Shown: positions 24,985 through 37,962, numbered from the stretch's first letter. The stretch: 64,000 bases of DNA from Macrostomum hystrix (GCA_950097015.1 CATNEN010000008.1:1922001-1986000); one strand, 5' to 3'. Notes: generated by a model from the sequence alone, not told the origin. Numbers and translations are program-made.

Positions 24985-26670
24985 CACAGCCATCTGACTC
25001 ATCTGTCTGACACAACCATCTGACTCATCTGTCTGACACAGCCATCTGACTCATCTGTCTGACACAGCCATCTGACTCATCTGTCTGACACAAACATCTG
25101 ACTCATCGGTCTGACACAACCATCTGACTCATCTGTCTGACACAAACATCTGACTCATCTGTCTGACACAACCATCTGACTCATCTGTCTGACACAACCA
25201 TCTGACTCATCTGTCTGACACAAACATCTGACTCATCGGTCTGACACAACCATCTGACTCATCTGTCTGACACAAACATCTGACTCATCTGTCTGACACA
25301 ACCATCTGACTCATCTGTCTGACACAAACATCTGACTCATCTGTCTGACACAAACATCTGACTCATCTGTCTGACACAACCATCTGACTCATCTATCTGA
25401 CACAAACATCTGACTCATCTGTCTGACAAAGCCATCCGACTCAACTGTCTGACACAACCATCTGACTCATCTGTCTGACACAGCCATCTGACTCGTCTGT
25501 CTGACACAGCCATCTGACTCGTCTGTCTGACACAACCATCTGACTCATCTGTCTGACACAGCCATCTGACTCATCTGTCTGACACAGCCATCTGACTCAT
25601 CTGTCTGACACAAACATCTGACTCATCGGTCTGACACAACCATCTGACTCATCTGTCTGACACAAACATCTGACTCATCTGTCTGACACAAACATCTGAC
25701 TCATCTGTCTGACACAACCATCTGACTCATCTGTCTGACACAAACATCTGACTCATCTGTCTGACACAACCCTCTGACTCATCTGTCTGACACAACCACC
25801 TGACTCGTCTGTCTGACACAGCCATCTGACTCATCTGTCTGACACAACCATCTGACTCATCTGTCTGACACAGCCATCTGACTCATCTGTCTGACACAAA
25901 CATCTGACTCATCTGTCTGACACAACCATCTGACTCATCTGTCTGACACAGCCATCTGACTCATCTGTCTGACAAAGCCATCCGACTCAACTGTCTGACA
26001 CAGCCATCTGACTCATCTGTCTGACACAACCATCTGACTCATCTGTCTGACATAACCATCTGACTCATCTGTCTGACACAACCATCTGACTCATCTGTCT
26101 GACACAACCATCTGACTCATCTGTCTGACACAAACATCTGACTCATCTGTCTGACACAGCCATCCGACTCAACTGTCTGACACAGCCATCTGACTCGTCT
26201 GTCTGACACAGCCATCTGACTCATCTGTCTGACACAGCCATCTGACTCGTCTGTCTGACACAGCCATCTGACTTGTCTGTCTGACACAACCATCTGACTC
26301 ATCTGTCTGACACAAACATCTGACTCATCTGTCTGACACAACCATCTGACTCATCTGTCTGACACAAACATCTGACTCATCTGTCTGACACAAACATCTG
26401 ACTCATCTGTCTGACACAACCATCTGACTCATCTGTCTGACACAAACATCTGACTCATCTGTCTGACAAAGCCATCTGACTCAACTGTCTGACACAACCA
26501 TCTGACTCATCTGTCTGACACAGCCATCTGACTCGTCTGTCTGACACAGCCATCTGACTCGTCTGTCTGACACAACCATCTGACTCATCTGTCTGACACA
26601 GCCATCTGACTCATCTGTCTGACACAGCCATCTGACTCATCTGTCTGACACAGCCATCTGACTCATCTGT
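24985..26670. repeat. 26-bp minisatellite (ACACAGCCATCTGACTCATCTGTCTG)
   Basis: Tandem copies. Confidence 0.97.
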
Positions 26671-27067
26671 CCATCAAAAAAACAGATTTCCACCTCATGG
26701 ACAAGACACCGAGACAGCCTGGGCTTAGAAATCATACTAAAAGTACTTTACTAATTGGCTAAGCTGGGCCTTGGGACTTGTAAAACTGTAAACTGTGTGT
26801 ACCTCCGGCCCTCTCCCAGATCTACTAAAGTTCCAGTTTGTCGCCTATCTAAATGACCACAAGAAAGAATGTTAATACGAACATTAATAATTGATTTAGA
26901 GCAGTCAAATTCACAAATATTAGTTTTTGAGATTGTCCAAAAACCTATTGAGCACAGCTTGTGTACTCAGCAGTGTTTTGGGGGGAGTGTGGCAGAGGCA
27001 TCAGAGAATACGTTTACAATTATTTTTTAATGCGCCAGCTGCCATCCACACCATTCTATCCCTAATC

Positions 27068-27104
<37 letters not shown>

Positions 27105-27379
27105 TGGATGTTTCCGCTATCAACAGCCTTCATTATATCGGCTTCAACCCCAAACACAAGTGTGTATTATTATCACCACATTTAGCAGCGAATTTGTCGC
27201 TTCGAAAGTACGAGTAAATATTTCAACTAGCTTTGCAAGATAATAGTGGCATTAGTTCAGTTCGCGTCACCTTTGCTGGTTGTGTGAACAATAACATCCT
27301 GATAACTCGAGAGCAAGGAAATTTGCTATCGCTAGTTTATTCGATTAATTTTTCCACTACTGACTACTTCAAGTCTCTT

Positions 27380-27830
27380 TTCCTTCCCCTCTCTCCTCTC
27401 CCTTCCCATCTCCATCATCTACCCTATCCTTCCCCTCTCTCCTCTCCCTTCCCATCTCCATCATCTACCCTATCCTTCCCCTCTCTCCTCTCCCTTCCCA
27501 TCTCCATCATCTACCCTATCCTTCCCTTCTCTCCTCTCCCTTCCCATCTCCATCATCTACCCTATCCTTCCTCTCTCTCCTCTCCCTTCCCATCTCCATC
27601 ATCTACCCTATCCTTCCCCTCTCTCCTCTCCCTTCCCATCTCCATCATCTACCCTATCCTTCCCTTCTCTCCTCTCCCTTCCCATCTCCATCATCTACCC
27701 TATCCTTCCTCTCTCTCCTCTCCCTTCCCATCTCCATCATCTACCCTATCCTTCCCTTCTCTCCTCTCCCTTCCCATCTCCATCATCTACCCTATCTTTC
27801 CCCACTCTCCTCTCCCTTCCCATCTCCTTC
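27380..27830. repeat. 46-bp pyrimidine-rich minisatellite
   Basis: About 9 tandem copies. Confidence 0.9.
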
Positions 27831-28779
27831 CTCTACCCTCTTTCCCCTTTACCCCAGTCATTCCGCTGTCGATGTCTAACTAAAAGCGGATACTTTCTTC
27901 TGAGCCATTTTTGCTTCGGTTCAGTGCACAGCAAAACAGCTTCGGCGCTTGGGGTAGCTGAAATGGACTGAGGGACACACGCACAATGCACACATAAACA
28001 ATGAGTGCCAATGCAAATATTGCCCTTAGCTTGTCAACGAAAGCTTGAAGCACCAGCTATACAGTTGGAAGGAAGGGGTCAGGCTTGGAAAGAAGAGGAA
28101 GAAAGACTAGGGAATCTTTTAGTCCTTCCTACTTTCCAAACAGACCGCCTTGCCTTAGTTTTAAAGACTCAAAGCAGAAAGCAATGGAAGTGTGTGGTGT
28201 ATAACTAAGGAATTGCCTATTGTTCTACAAAATTTTCGCTTATTCAATAGCTAGCTTTGAGCTGAATACTGGAGAACAGTGGTTAGTGACAGCGCCTTAA
28301 AATACAAGCCCCTCCTCCAGTAGATTTTCCAGCACCAGAAAAATTGCTTGGACTAGCAGCAGCAGCAGACCCTGAGTGTTCTCAAAGTTTGAGCAAAGTT
28401 CTTTACTCGCAGTTTGGTATTGCTATCTCTAACCAACTCTGTTAGTTAGTTTTGCTTGGCGTCCGTCAAGAACAGCAATTGGGGAATCGGGTGGAACCAG
28501 CGGACGGTTCCTGGAAACGGATCTGCCGGATCTGGGCGTCAAGGTGCGTCAGTATGAGTAGACGGTTGCCCCTTCAGAGCCGTTCAAGCTCAACCAATAT
28601 AACCCATTCCCAATGTTCAAGAGGGTGTAATAATGGTAGAAGAGCACGATCGGCAAACACTGGCTTCTAGACGCCGCTATTAAGTGCGAAATCTCCGACC
28701 CGGTCTCTGGGAAGAACGCTGTTTCCGCTGTCTACTCATTCTGAGTATATTCATTCTCAAGCCTGGTTGATCAAAGAGG

Positions 28780-29150
28780 AAAGGAATTCGGAAGGAAGGA
28801 AGGAATTCGGAAGGAATTCGGAAGGAAGGAAGGAAGGAAGGAAGGAAGGAAGGAAGGAAGGAAGGAAGGAAGGAAGGAAGGAAGGAAGGAAGGAAGGAAG
28901 GAAGGAAGGAAGGAAGGAAGGAAGGAAGGAAGGAAGGAAGGAAGGAAGGAAGGAAGGAAGGAAGGAAGGAAGGAAGGAAGGAAGGAAGGAAGGAAGGAAG
29001 GAAGGAAGGAAGGAAGGAAGGAAGGAAGGAAGGAAGGAAGGAAGGAAGGAAGGAAGGAAGGAAGGAAGGAAGGAAGGAAGGAAGGAAGGAAGGAAGGAAG
29101 GAAGGAAGGAAGGAAGGAAGGAAGGAAGGAAGGATGGAAGGAAAGGAAGG
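28780..29150. repeat. (GGAA)n microsatellite
   Basis: Near-perfect run. Confidence 0.98.
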
Positions 29151-29167
29151 AAGGCAGAAAGGCTTAC

Positions 29168-29310
29168 TTTCGCATCCTCAGGTGCGGTGGCATCTATGGA
29201 GCAGTCAACAGGCATGGTTGGCGCATTTTCCGCAGGTATTTTGTCGCTGAGCTGTTTAGTAGTCAGCACCTCCTGCCGGTCCACCGGAAGACGTAGTTCC
29301 AATCGGCACT
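29168..29310 (-). CDS. NETO: NETO-like exon 5: CUB2 N-terminal half
   Basis: ECRLELRLP...PVDCSIDATAPEDAK. CCTTCCAG acceptor, GTAAGC donor, phase 1-0. Confidence 0.82.
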
Positions 29311-30180
29311 CTGGAAGGTGCAGACAGAGCGGAGGACTATCTATTTTAAACGGCTCGGTTGGGTAGCCAAAGCTCCTCAGATAAAGAGCGAGCTAACCTT
29401 GTTTGTTCCCAGATCCCAATGTTCGCAGATGCATGAAAACGCAGCACTCGACTGGCCCAAAGAAAACACAGGAAGGAAAAAATAACTGCGGGGCAAGCCC
29501 TCGGAAACATCAGAAAACCCAGCCGCACCTGCCAGTCTGACCTGTCTGTCCGGCAAGCGTCAGTATTCCGGGAATTAAAAGGCTTTTGTCTTGTCTCTCA
29601 AAATCCCAAGCGGCGAGCCAGTTCGGGTAGCGCTTGGCAACATCCACGCAAGCAGTCGCAAATCCCGGCATAGAACAGGGGGATTTTTCTCCCCTCGCAT
29701 TTCCAGCCTAGGTGGGGATTATTGAGTGGCCGCAGCAGCAGGTGCAGCAGATCCCCTTTTCTGTCTCTTCCACTCCTCTTTCACTGACATTCCTTCGAGG
29801 AGAGGAGGGGAGGCGCTGACTCGCAGCCCGCTGACTTCCCATCGTCGAGCCAAAAAAAAAAATAATGCCGGGAAAACTCGGCCAGCCAGAGAGAGAAAAA
29901 CTTTCCCGCGCGAGAAGGAAACGGCGCAGATTTCACCGTCTCCCTGCCCTCCCATTCGGAGTTTCTGGCGCCAGGAGAAAGTGCAACCGAAAAACTTCCC
30001 GAAATGCAAATTGCGCTGCTCAAACTCCCAGCAAAGCCGTTGCTCGCTTTCGTAGAAACTCGAGACTAGAGACAAGGCTAGCGGGGAGTGTTGAAGTGTT
30101 GAGTTGGTCGCTGAGCTGGCGAGAGAAAACGAAGACAACATACCGGCTGATTAGCATTTCAAATTATCATATAATAACAG

Positions 30181-30278
<98 letters not shown>

Positions 30279-30305
30279 GTCTATCTATCTATCTATCTAT
30301 CTATT
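30181..30305. repeat. (CTAT)n microsatellite
   Basis: Near-perfect run. Confidence 0.98.
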
Positions 30306-30789
30306 TTTCGCATCTTATCCGGCAGCCGCAGTGTCTGGGGTCAGGCCTATGCGCATAAAAATGCCAGTTTGCCAGTTGGCATTGGCCCCCTGCACAAGCC
30401 GCCCCAGATTTTATAGTAGTTCCTTTTTTAAAAGGCCGCTCGATCTTCTGCAACAAGAAATGCAGTCGAATGCGCGCATTGTGAAACGGGATCAGCCAGC
30501 CGATTGATCCCATGGCCGCAGTTTGGCGCAGGTAGTCTTAAATATTAGTTTGGTCTTAATAGCGCACGGCCTAGCTGTGGCAGTGCCGGCTGCAGTGGGA
30601 GCCAAGGCTGGGGTAGAGAAACTGATAAGACATCTTCTGCCTCTGTCTGGGCACATGCCTTCTTCCTGGCCCTACGCCTTACCCCTTACTTTTCTAATTG
30701 GTGACTCTACAACCATACCTGTCTGCCTGTTAGACTGTTAGACCATTCCCAACGTAGCAATCAGCTGTCAGCCTGAACAGAGGAAAATC

Positions 30790-31312
30790 ACCTAAGACAG
30801 GTTAGACAGGAACCACCTGTTAGACAGGAACCACCTGTTAGACAGGAACCACCTGTTAGACAGGAACCACGTGTTAGATAAGAACCACCTGTTAGACAGG
30901 AACCACGTGTTAGACAGGAACCACCTGTTAGACAGGAACCACGTGTTAGATAGGAACCACCTGTTAGACAGGAACCACGTGTTAGATAGGAACCACCTGT
31001 TAGACAGGAACCACCTGTTAGACAGGAACCACCTGTTAGACAGGAACCACGTGTTAGACAGGAACCACCTGTTAGACAGGAACCACCTGTTAGACAGGAA
31101 CCACCTGTTAGACAGGAACCACGTGTTAGACAGGAACCACCTGTTAGACAGGAACCACCTGTTAGACAGGAACCACGTGTTAGACAGGAACTACCTGTTA
31201 GACAGGAACCACCTGTTAGACAGGAACCACGTGTTAGATAGGAACCACCTGTTAGACAGGAACCACGTGTTAGATAGGAACCACCTGTTAGAAAGGAACC
31301 ACCTGTTAGATA
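30790..31312. repeat. 18-bp minisatellite (TTAGACAGGAACCACCTG)
   Basis: Tandem copies with a CCTGT/ACAGG hairpin across units. Confidence 0.95.
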
Positions 31313-31335
31313 AACTTGCTGATGAACTTGCTCAC

Positions 31336-31626
31336 CTTGTCTAACACTGCTAGACTGCTCAAAGCTGTACACCGCACGCATTCCAGCGTGCTCAATTGAG
31401 TCGTCGGACCGGAATCGCAGCCACATGTAGCGGCCTGTGGAAACAAGTGGCGGCCGCCTCGGTGGGCCGCGGCCGCAGACGCGACTCCGCGGCAGGCCAG
31501 ATATGGGCGGCGAGTAACCGTAGGGACCGTCGCGGATCTCCAGGTAGTCGGTGGCGCACTGGCTGTTGTCCTCGATGAAGAAGTCGTCGCGAAAGTCCAG
31601 CTTCACCACCTGATGCGGGTACTCAG
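31336..31626 (-). CDS. NETO: NETO-like exon 4: CUB1 C-terminal part
   Basis: VVKLDFRDDFFIEDNSQCATDYLEIRDGPYGYSP...VCG...STGRYMWLRFRSDDSIEHAGMRAVYSF. TAG acceptor, GTGAGC donor, phase 1-1. Confidence 0.93.
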
Positions 31627-31713
31627 CTAGCGGCAGTGTTTGAATTGGGAAAATTTTAGGTTGTTAGACAGACTCGAACCACCAAACGATGAGAGGGTCA
31701 TTTTTAGACTCAC

Positions 31714-31851
31714 CGCGAATAAGTTTGACGCAGTCGGACCTGGCGGGATAATTACCCGGATAATTAGGTGTCGTAAAGGTGAAAAAGCCCGACTGAAAAC
31801 CGGTGCCGCCGGTGAAATTCGCGCAGGCCTCCAGCTGTAGCGGCAGTTGAT
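31714..31851 (-). CDS. NETO: NETO-like exon 3: CUB1 N-terminal part
   Basis: EACANFTGG...FTFTTPNYPGNYPARSDCVKLIR. CAG acceptor, GTGAGT donor, phase 1-1. Confidence 0.92.
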
Positions 31852-31874
31852 CTGTGATTGGGCATCGAGGGGCT

Positions 31875-32423
31875 GCGGTTAATGCACTGATGGATCAGGG
31901 GTCAGCAGTGGTCGATGCACTGATGGATCAGGGGTCAGCAGTGGTTAATGCACTGATGGATCAGGGGTCAGCAGTGGTTAATGCACTGATGGATCAGGGG
32001 TCAGCAGTGGTTAATGCACTGATGGATCAGGGGTCAGCAGTGGTCGATGCACTGATGGATCAGGGGTCAGCAGTGGTTAATGCACTGATGGATCAGGGGT
32101 CAGCAGTGGTTAATGCACTGATGGATCAGGGGTCAGCAGTGGTCGATGCACTGATGGATCAGGGGTCAGCAGTGGTTAATGCACTGATGGATCAGGGGTC
32201 AGCAGTGGTTAATGCACTGATGGATCAGGGGTCAGCAGTGGTTAATGCACTGATGGATCAGGGGTCAGCAGTGGTTAATGCACTGATGGATCAGGGGTCA
32301 GCAGTGGTTAATGCACTGATGGATCAGGGGTCAGCAGTGGTCGATGCACTGATGGATCAGGGGTCAGCAGTGGTTAATGCACTGATGGATCAGGGGTCAG
32401 CAGTGGTCGATGCACTGATGGAT
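31875..32423. repeat. 33-bp minisatellite (ATGCACTGATGGATCAGGGGTCAGCAGTGGTTA)
   Basis: About 17 tandem copies. Confidence 0.95.
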
Positions 32424-32489
32424 TAGGGTTTTGCAGTGCAATTCAAAGTACTCGTCGAACACAGAGTAGATTTGAGTCTAGTTACTCAC

Positions 32490-32624
32490 CGCCAGTGGCT
32501 GCCACCCAACCGAGCAGAAGGTTGAGCACGACAACGAGTTGTAGCAGCAGAGCAGTCAGTGACGATGCTGGAGCATTTGCTAGGCAATCGTGTAGCAGGG
32601 GTGCATGCGTAAAACGGTTGAAAA
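32490..32624 (-). CDS. NETO: NETO-like exon 2: signal peptide
   Basis: ...SSLTALLLQLVVVLNLLLGWVAATG. TTTTCTAG acceptor, GTGAGT donor, phase 1-1. No in-frame ATG. Confidence 0.8.
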
Positions 32625-34114
32625 CTAGAAAAATTTTAAATAATGAAATCGTATTTTCTTAGAGTTCGTGTGCACTAAATATAAAGTACAGTAAACTACG
32701 AGGTAAATAGATAGGTAAATAGTTATTTATTGCATTACGTCATTGTTACGTCATTGTTTCAAGATAGGCCGAGCAACGATCTACATACTCGTTAAACTGC
32801 CAGAGGGTTCCCAGCCTCTTTATTAGTTGTGACGTTGTCAATAAAAATTGAAATGACCGCTTCATCTCTCGGCCCCTCCATTTTTGGGCTAGAAAACTAA
32901 CAAGTTCTCTTCAACGCGCAACAGACAGTAACGGAGTCAGCGAGAGGAGGAAAAGAAAGTAGCAAATTGTACTTTTAAATCCAAAACCGCGAAGTCGGGG
33001 AAGCTGGAGAGGGACGGCTTCGGGCAGCTCAGGGGGCCGCGCTGATTGACATTAGTGAAGCTGGGCGGAAATCTTGATGGGGCTGCCCGACCGACTGGAA
33101 GGAAGGAAGGAGGAATTCGCCTCGTGCGCCACCGCTGCGCATCCCCTTTTTCAGCCCGGTCCCGCTCCGAAAGCTGAGGGCAGAGCTGCCCATCCTCCCG
33201 CATGCCCGCCACCCGGCTCTGAGATTTCTCGCCCTCTGCAGTCCCGTTGGCGAAGCGTTGCCCTCTTTTCCTTCTCTCTCTCTCTCTCTCGCTTTTTTTC
33301 TCTCTCGAATGAGGCGTGAGACATTTTTTCTTTCTTTGTGTGCGCGCGCGCCCCTCACTCACTCCATCTCCCCTCATTCAGATCCCATTCCTTCTAATAT
33401 CCCATAACAACAGCGGCTACTGCAGCAGGCCGGGGATGCTAAGGATTAAAAGGATGCGGGAAGGAATACAAGAAGAGGGGGGGGGCAAATTGTAAATCAG
33501 ATAGGCTCAGCCCCTCCGATCATTCCCTTTGAGAAATCCACCTCGGCTCTCACTGATCCCATGCCATGCAGCGATCCCCACAGCCCTGAGAGCCTAGGCC
33601 ATCCCTGCACTTTAAAGTCTTCAGGCCATGTTCGGTGTTTGAGATTTCTAACCTTTCTAGCCTTCGGCACCTGAGCATCCAACTTTGCTGGCCAGCGAGG
33701 CGTCAAATTTTGAGTGACCCAGATCGATGGACAGGTCTCAGTTTCCACCGTCCAGGCCGCTTAATCAAGGTGGAGAATTATGGATTGTCGATGGTTGAAG
33801 ATTCTCGCAGACACAAGAAAGTAAAAATGGAGGCTGCGCGGAACATGCGACTTGGGAGAATTGGGGAAGCGGCACCCGCACGGCGCGGGAAGGGATCAGG
33901 GAGCGGGGATTACTTCCGTTGGATGGACAGATGAAGTGCCGAGAGTAGGGGAAACAAGCAGTGGGAAATCCCCCCACCCTGCTGATAATATTTGTGCTTC
34001 CCATCAGCTACAGCTCAGATCCTACTCTATTTTATCCCTTCCTGTTCTGCCCCTTGAAGCAATTTTCTGGGCCAGAAGCCTAGGGGTGAGATTCTCTAGG
34101 GGTGAGATCTTTAC

Positions 34115-34130
34115 CTGCAGCTAGTGGCAT
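34115..34130 (-). CDS. NETO: Candidate NETO-like first coding exon part (ATG CCA CTA GCT GCA G)
   Basis: ATG followed by a CAG|GTAAAG phase-1 donor. It completes a 2259-nt, 752-aa reading frame. Confidence 0.55.
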
Positions 34131-34171
34131 AGTAATCCGAGAAGGCGGTCCGCCCAGGGCATTCCGACTAT

Positions 34172-34203
<32 letters not shown>

Positions 34204-35139
34204 AGCTTCGTTCAACACCGCGCCGCAGAAGAATGCCAGACTGGGCTTAGCCGCATCTGCCAGTGCGCTGAAATCGAACTTTGCTCGATCGATAATGACG
34301 AACAGAAATGACGGCAAAATAAACACGGCAGTTTTCTTTTCTTCCACAATAAAGCAAGCGAATTTGCAGAGCGTCTCCTCTAGGAGCAAAACTAGGACGC
34401 AAAATGATAAGGAGGTTGAGAGACGGGCGAGGGGAGAGACAGGGGAGGAGAAATGGAAAGCGCCAATCAGTGACGCGTGTCCCGATATTTCCCCTACTCC
34501 CAAGAGTGCAACCTCCCCGACACAACCGTATCGCCTTCCTCCTACACTCTTGCAGAACCTCGGCTTCTGGCCCAGCTCTGCGTGAGCTGCCAGCTGGGGG
34601 TGGTGGGAGCCCTTCCTCCTCCGCGTCCACCCCCCCTCTAGTCATTTTCACTCTTCCTCATTTTCGCATTGGACGGCGGAGCTGAGGTTGAGAGGAATCT
34701 TGACACCCCGGCTGCTGCTGCCGCTCTCTCTCTCCCTGTCTCTCAGAATGGCAATACAGCGACAGGCAGTGAAGCCGAGTGAGATATAAACTACTATAGC
34801 CGCTATGGCAGCTGTGGGGATTTACGGCTAAATCATTTCGTCCTTGACGGCCTTCCTTCTGCTTCCTCCTCTTCCCAACGCGCCAACCCCATTTAGCCCT
34901 CCTTTCGGCTCCCCCGTGCAAGTTTGCTGGACCTGGGAGTCTCACCTGGGTTTCTCCCTACCTCAACTCCTGCTAACTGTTCCAGACTCACTTTTCCCAG
35001 CCTATTCTCAAGGCGTCTCAATCGCTAATAAGCTAATCGATAAACTGGTAGAGCATCAATGAGAGGTGAGAGCAGTAATGATTGGAATAAAATGCTTGGC
35101 TCAGAAATAAAGAATGCCAAGCTTGATCAGAGCTTCTTT

Positions 35140-36682
35140 AGGGATGGGATTCTCTAGGGGTGAGATTCTCTAGGGGTGAGATTCTCTAGGGATGGGATTC
35201 TCTAAGGGTGAGATTCTCTAGGGGTGAGATTCTCTAGGGGTGAGATTCTTTAGGGATGGGATTCTCTAGGGGTGAGATTCTTTAGGGATGGGATTCTCTA
35301 GGGGTGAGATTCTTTAGGGATGGGATTCTTTAGGGATGGGATTCTCTAGGGGTGAGATTCTCTAGGGGTGAGATTCTAAAGGGACCGGATTCTTTAGGGA
35401 TGAGATTCTCTAATAGTGAGATTCTTTAGGGATGGGATTCTCTAGGGGTGAGATTCTTTAGGGATGGGATTCTCTAGGGGTGAGATTCTTTAGGGATGGG
35501 ATTCTCTAGGGGTGAGATTCTTTAGGGATGGGATTCTTTAGGGATGGGATTCTCTAGGGGTGAGATTCTCTAGGGGTGAGATTCTCTAGGGATGGGATTC
35601 TCTAAGGGTGAGATTCTTTAGGGATGGGATTCTTTAGGGATGGGATTCTCTAGGGGTGAGATTCTCTAGGGGTGAGATTCTTTAGGGATGGGATTCTTTA
35701 GGGATGGGATTCTCTAGGGATGTGATTCTTTAGGGATGGGATTTTCTAGGGGTGAGATTCTTTAGGGATGAGATTCTTTAGGGATGGGATTCTCTAGGGG
35801 TGAGATTCTTTAGGGATGGGATTCTCTAGGGGTGAGATTCTTTACGGATGGGATTCTTTAGGGATGGGATTCTCTAGGGGTGAGATTCTCTAGGGGTGAG
35901 ATTCTTTAGGGATGGGATTCTTTAGGGACGGGATTCTCTAGGGGTGTGATTCTTTAGGGATGGGATTTTCTAGGGGTGAGATTCTTTAGGGATGGGATTC
36001 TCTAGGGGTGAGATTCTTTAGGGATGGGATTCTTTAGGGATGGGATTCTCTAGGGGTGTGATTCTTTAGGGATGGGATTCTCTAGGGGTGAGATTCTTTA
36101 GGGATGGGATTCTTTAGGGATGGGATTCTCTAGGGGTGAGATTCTCTAGGGGTGAGATTCTCTAGGGGTGAGATTCTTTAGGGATGGGATTCTTTAGGGA
36201 CGGGATTCTCTAGGGGTGTGATTCTTTAGGGATGGGATTTTCTAGGGGTGAGATTCTTTAGGGACGGGATTCTCTAGGGGTGAGATTCTTTAGGGATGGG
36301 ATTCTCTAGGGGTGAGATTCTTTAGGGACGGGATTCTCTAGGGGTGAGATTCTCTAGGGATGGGATTCTTTAGGGATGAGATTCTCTAATAGTGAGATTC
36401 TTTAGGGATGGGATTCTCTAGGGGTGAGATTCTTTAGGGATGGGATTCTCTAGGGGTGAGATTCTTTAGGGATGGGATTCTCTAGGGATGGGATTCTCTA
36501 GGGGTGAGATTCTCTAGGGGTGAGATTCTCTAGGGATGGGATTCTCTAAGGGTGAGATTCTCTAGGGATGGGATTCTCTAGGGGTGAGATTCTTTAGGGA
36601 CGGGATTCTCTAGGGGTGAGATTCTTTAGGGATGGGATTCTCTAGGGGTGAGATTCTTTAGGGATGGGATTCTCTAGGGTGA
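35140..36682. repeat. 16-bp minisatellite (ATTCTCTAGGGGTGAG / ATTCTTTAGGGATGGG)
   Basis: Two interspersed unit variants. Two stray copies lie at ~34075-34108. Confidence 0.97.
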
Positions 36683-36838
36683 GTTTGTTTCTGGAAGAGA
36701 TTACCGCTGTGGAATGGGCGATGTTGCTGTTTTGATCTAACAGAGAGCGTGCAGACCATCTATGCACGCAGCAGATAAACTTTTGTTAAGTAAAAATGGC
36801 AGCCAACAGCAAAATTCTTGGCTGTCACACTTATCGTA

Positions 36839-37105
36839 AACAGTGCCAGGATCAGAGGGATGAAACAGTGCCAGGATCAGAGGGATAGAACAGTGCCAGG
36901 ATCAGAGGGATGAAACAGTGCCAGGATCAGAGGGATGAAACAGTGCTAGGATCAGAGGGATAGAACAGTGCCAGGATCAGAGGGATAGAACAGTGCCAGG
37001 ATCAGAGGGATAGAACAGTGCCAGGATCAGAGGGATAGAACAGTGCCAGGATCAGAGGGATAGAACAGTGCCAGGATCAGAGGGATAGAACAGTGCCAGG
37101 ATCAG
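36839..37105. repeat. 25-bp minisatellite (AACAGTGCCAGGATCAGAGGGATAG)
   Basis: About 10 copies. Confidence 0.95.
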
Positions 37106-37853
37106 AGATCAGGATCTCCAAGAATGTTCTATGCCGTGTGGCATTGAAGGGCCGGATGTTCTGCTGGCTCGCGAGTTTCGAATATTGATCAGTTGGGATT
37201 TTTTGCACCTGCCTCATTGGCAAAGACAAGCATAGTACAGACAAATATGAAGAAGGGTTCAGTTCTCATTAGGGGTCTGTTTCCATGCAGGATGTGAACT
37301 GTACAGCTGCTACATCAATTCCCCAAGACATCCATGCAGATGCCTATTTTATCTCAAGGTCAGGCCCAGTTGTAAGCACACTTGTCCTAATTTTATTCTA
37401 CTTTAAGCAAATTTTTGATTCGGTGAAGCCGCACATGACATGGACTTATAAAATTTGAAAATAAAAGTAGAAGTAGAAAATAAAAATAGAATTAAATTAA
37501 ATTAAATAGAAAGGCTAAAAAACAGCAGAGAAGGCAAATTAGAGCGTGAGAGAGAAATTGAGAAAATGGGGGAGAGAGAGAAGGTGAGAGAATGGGGGAG
37601 AGAGAGAAGGTGAGAGAATGGGGGAGAGAGAGAAGGTGAGAGAATGGGGGAGAGAGAGAAGGTGAGAGAATGGGGGAGAGAGAAGGTGAGAGAATGGGCG
37701 AGAGAGAAGGTGAGAGAATGGCGGAGAGAGAAGGTGAGAGCATGGGAGTTGAGAGAGAGGGAGAGAGGGAGAGAGAGAGCGGGAGAGAGGAGAGAGGACA
37801 CTGCCCATTGAATTTCAAAAATCTAATGTTGGAATCGATTCCGATATGTATCG

Positions 37854-37962
37854 AAAAAATTGAAATCAGGATTCGAACCAAGGCAACTCCAGACGCGTTT
37901 CGCTCTTATTGGAGCTCATCAGTAGAGTCTAGCCTAGCGCTCTAGCCATTGGCTATAGGCGC
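37854..37962 (-). ncRNA. tRNA-Ser-like Pol III unit (SINE-like) carrying a hammerhead ribozyme
   Basis: A box TAGCCAATGG (37955-37946), anticodon-arm-like CTAGG-CTAGACT-CTA, B box GGTTCGAATCC (37879-37869) and T6 run (37859-37854). Confidence 0.75.
37885..37929 (-). ncRNA. Minimal type I hammerhead ribozyme
   Basis: GACTCTA-CTGATGA-GCTC(CAATAA)GAGC-GAAA-CGC-GTC-TGGAGTT. The core is intact, stem II has 4 bp and stem I has 7 bp (2 G.U). Stem III is the palindrome ACGCGT and the cleavage triplet is GUC. Confidence 0.88.

Noticed and set aside
28452-28740. Coding-like stretch (GRFLETDLPDLGVKVRQYE)
   Set aside because: Interrupted by stops, with no recognisable motif.
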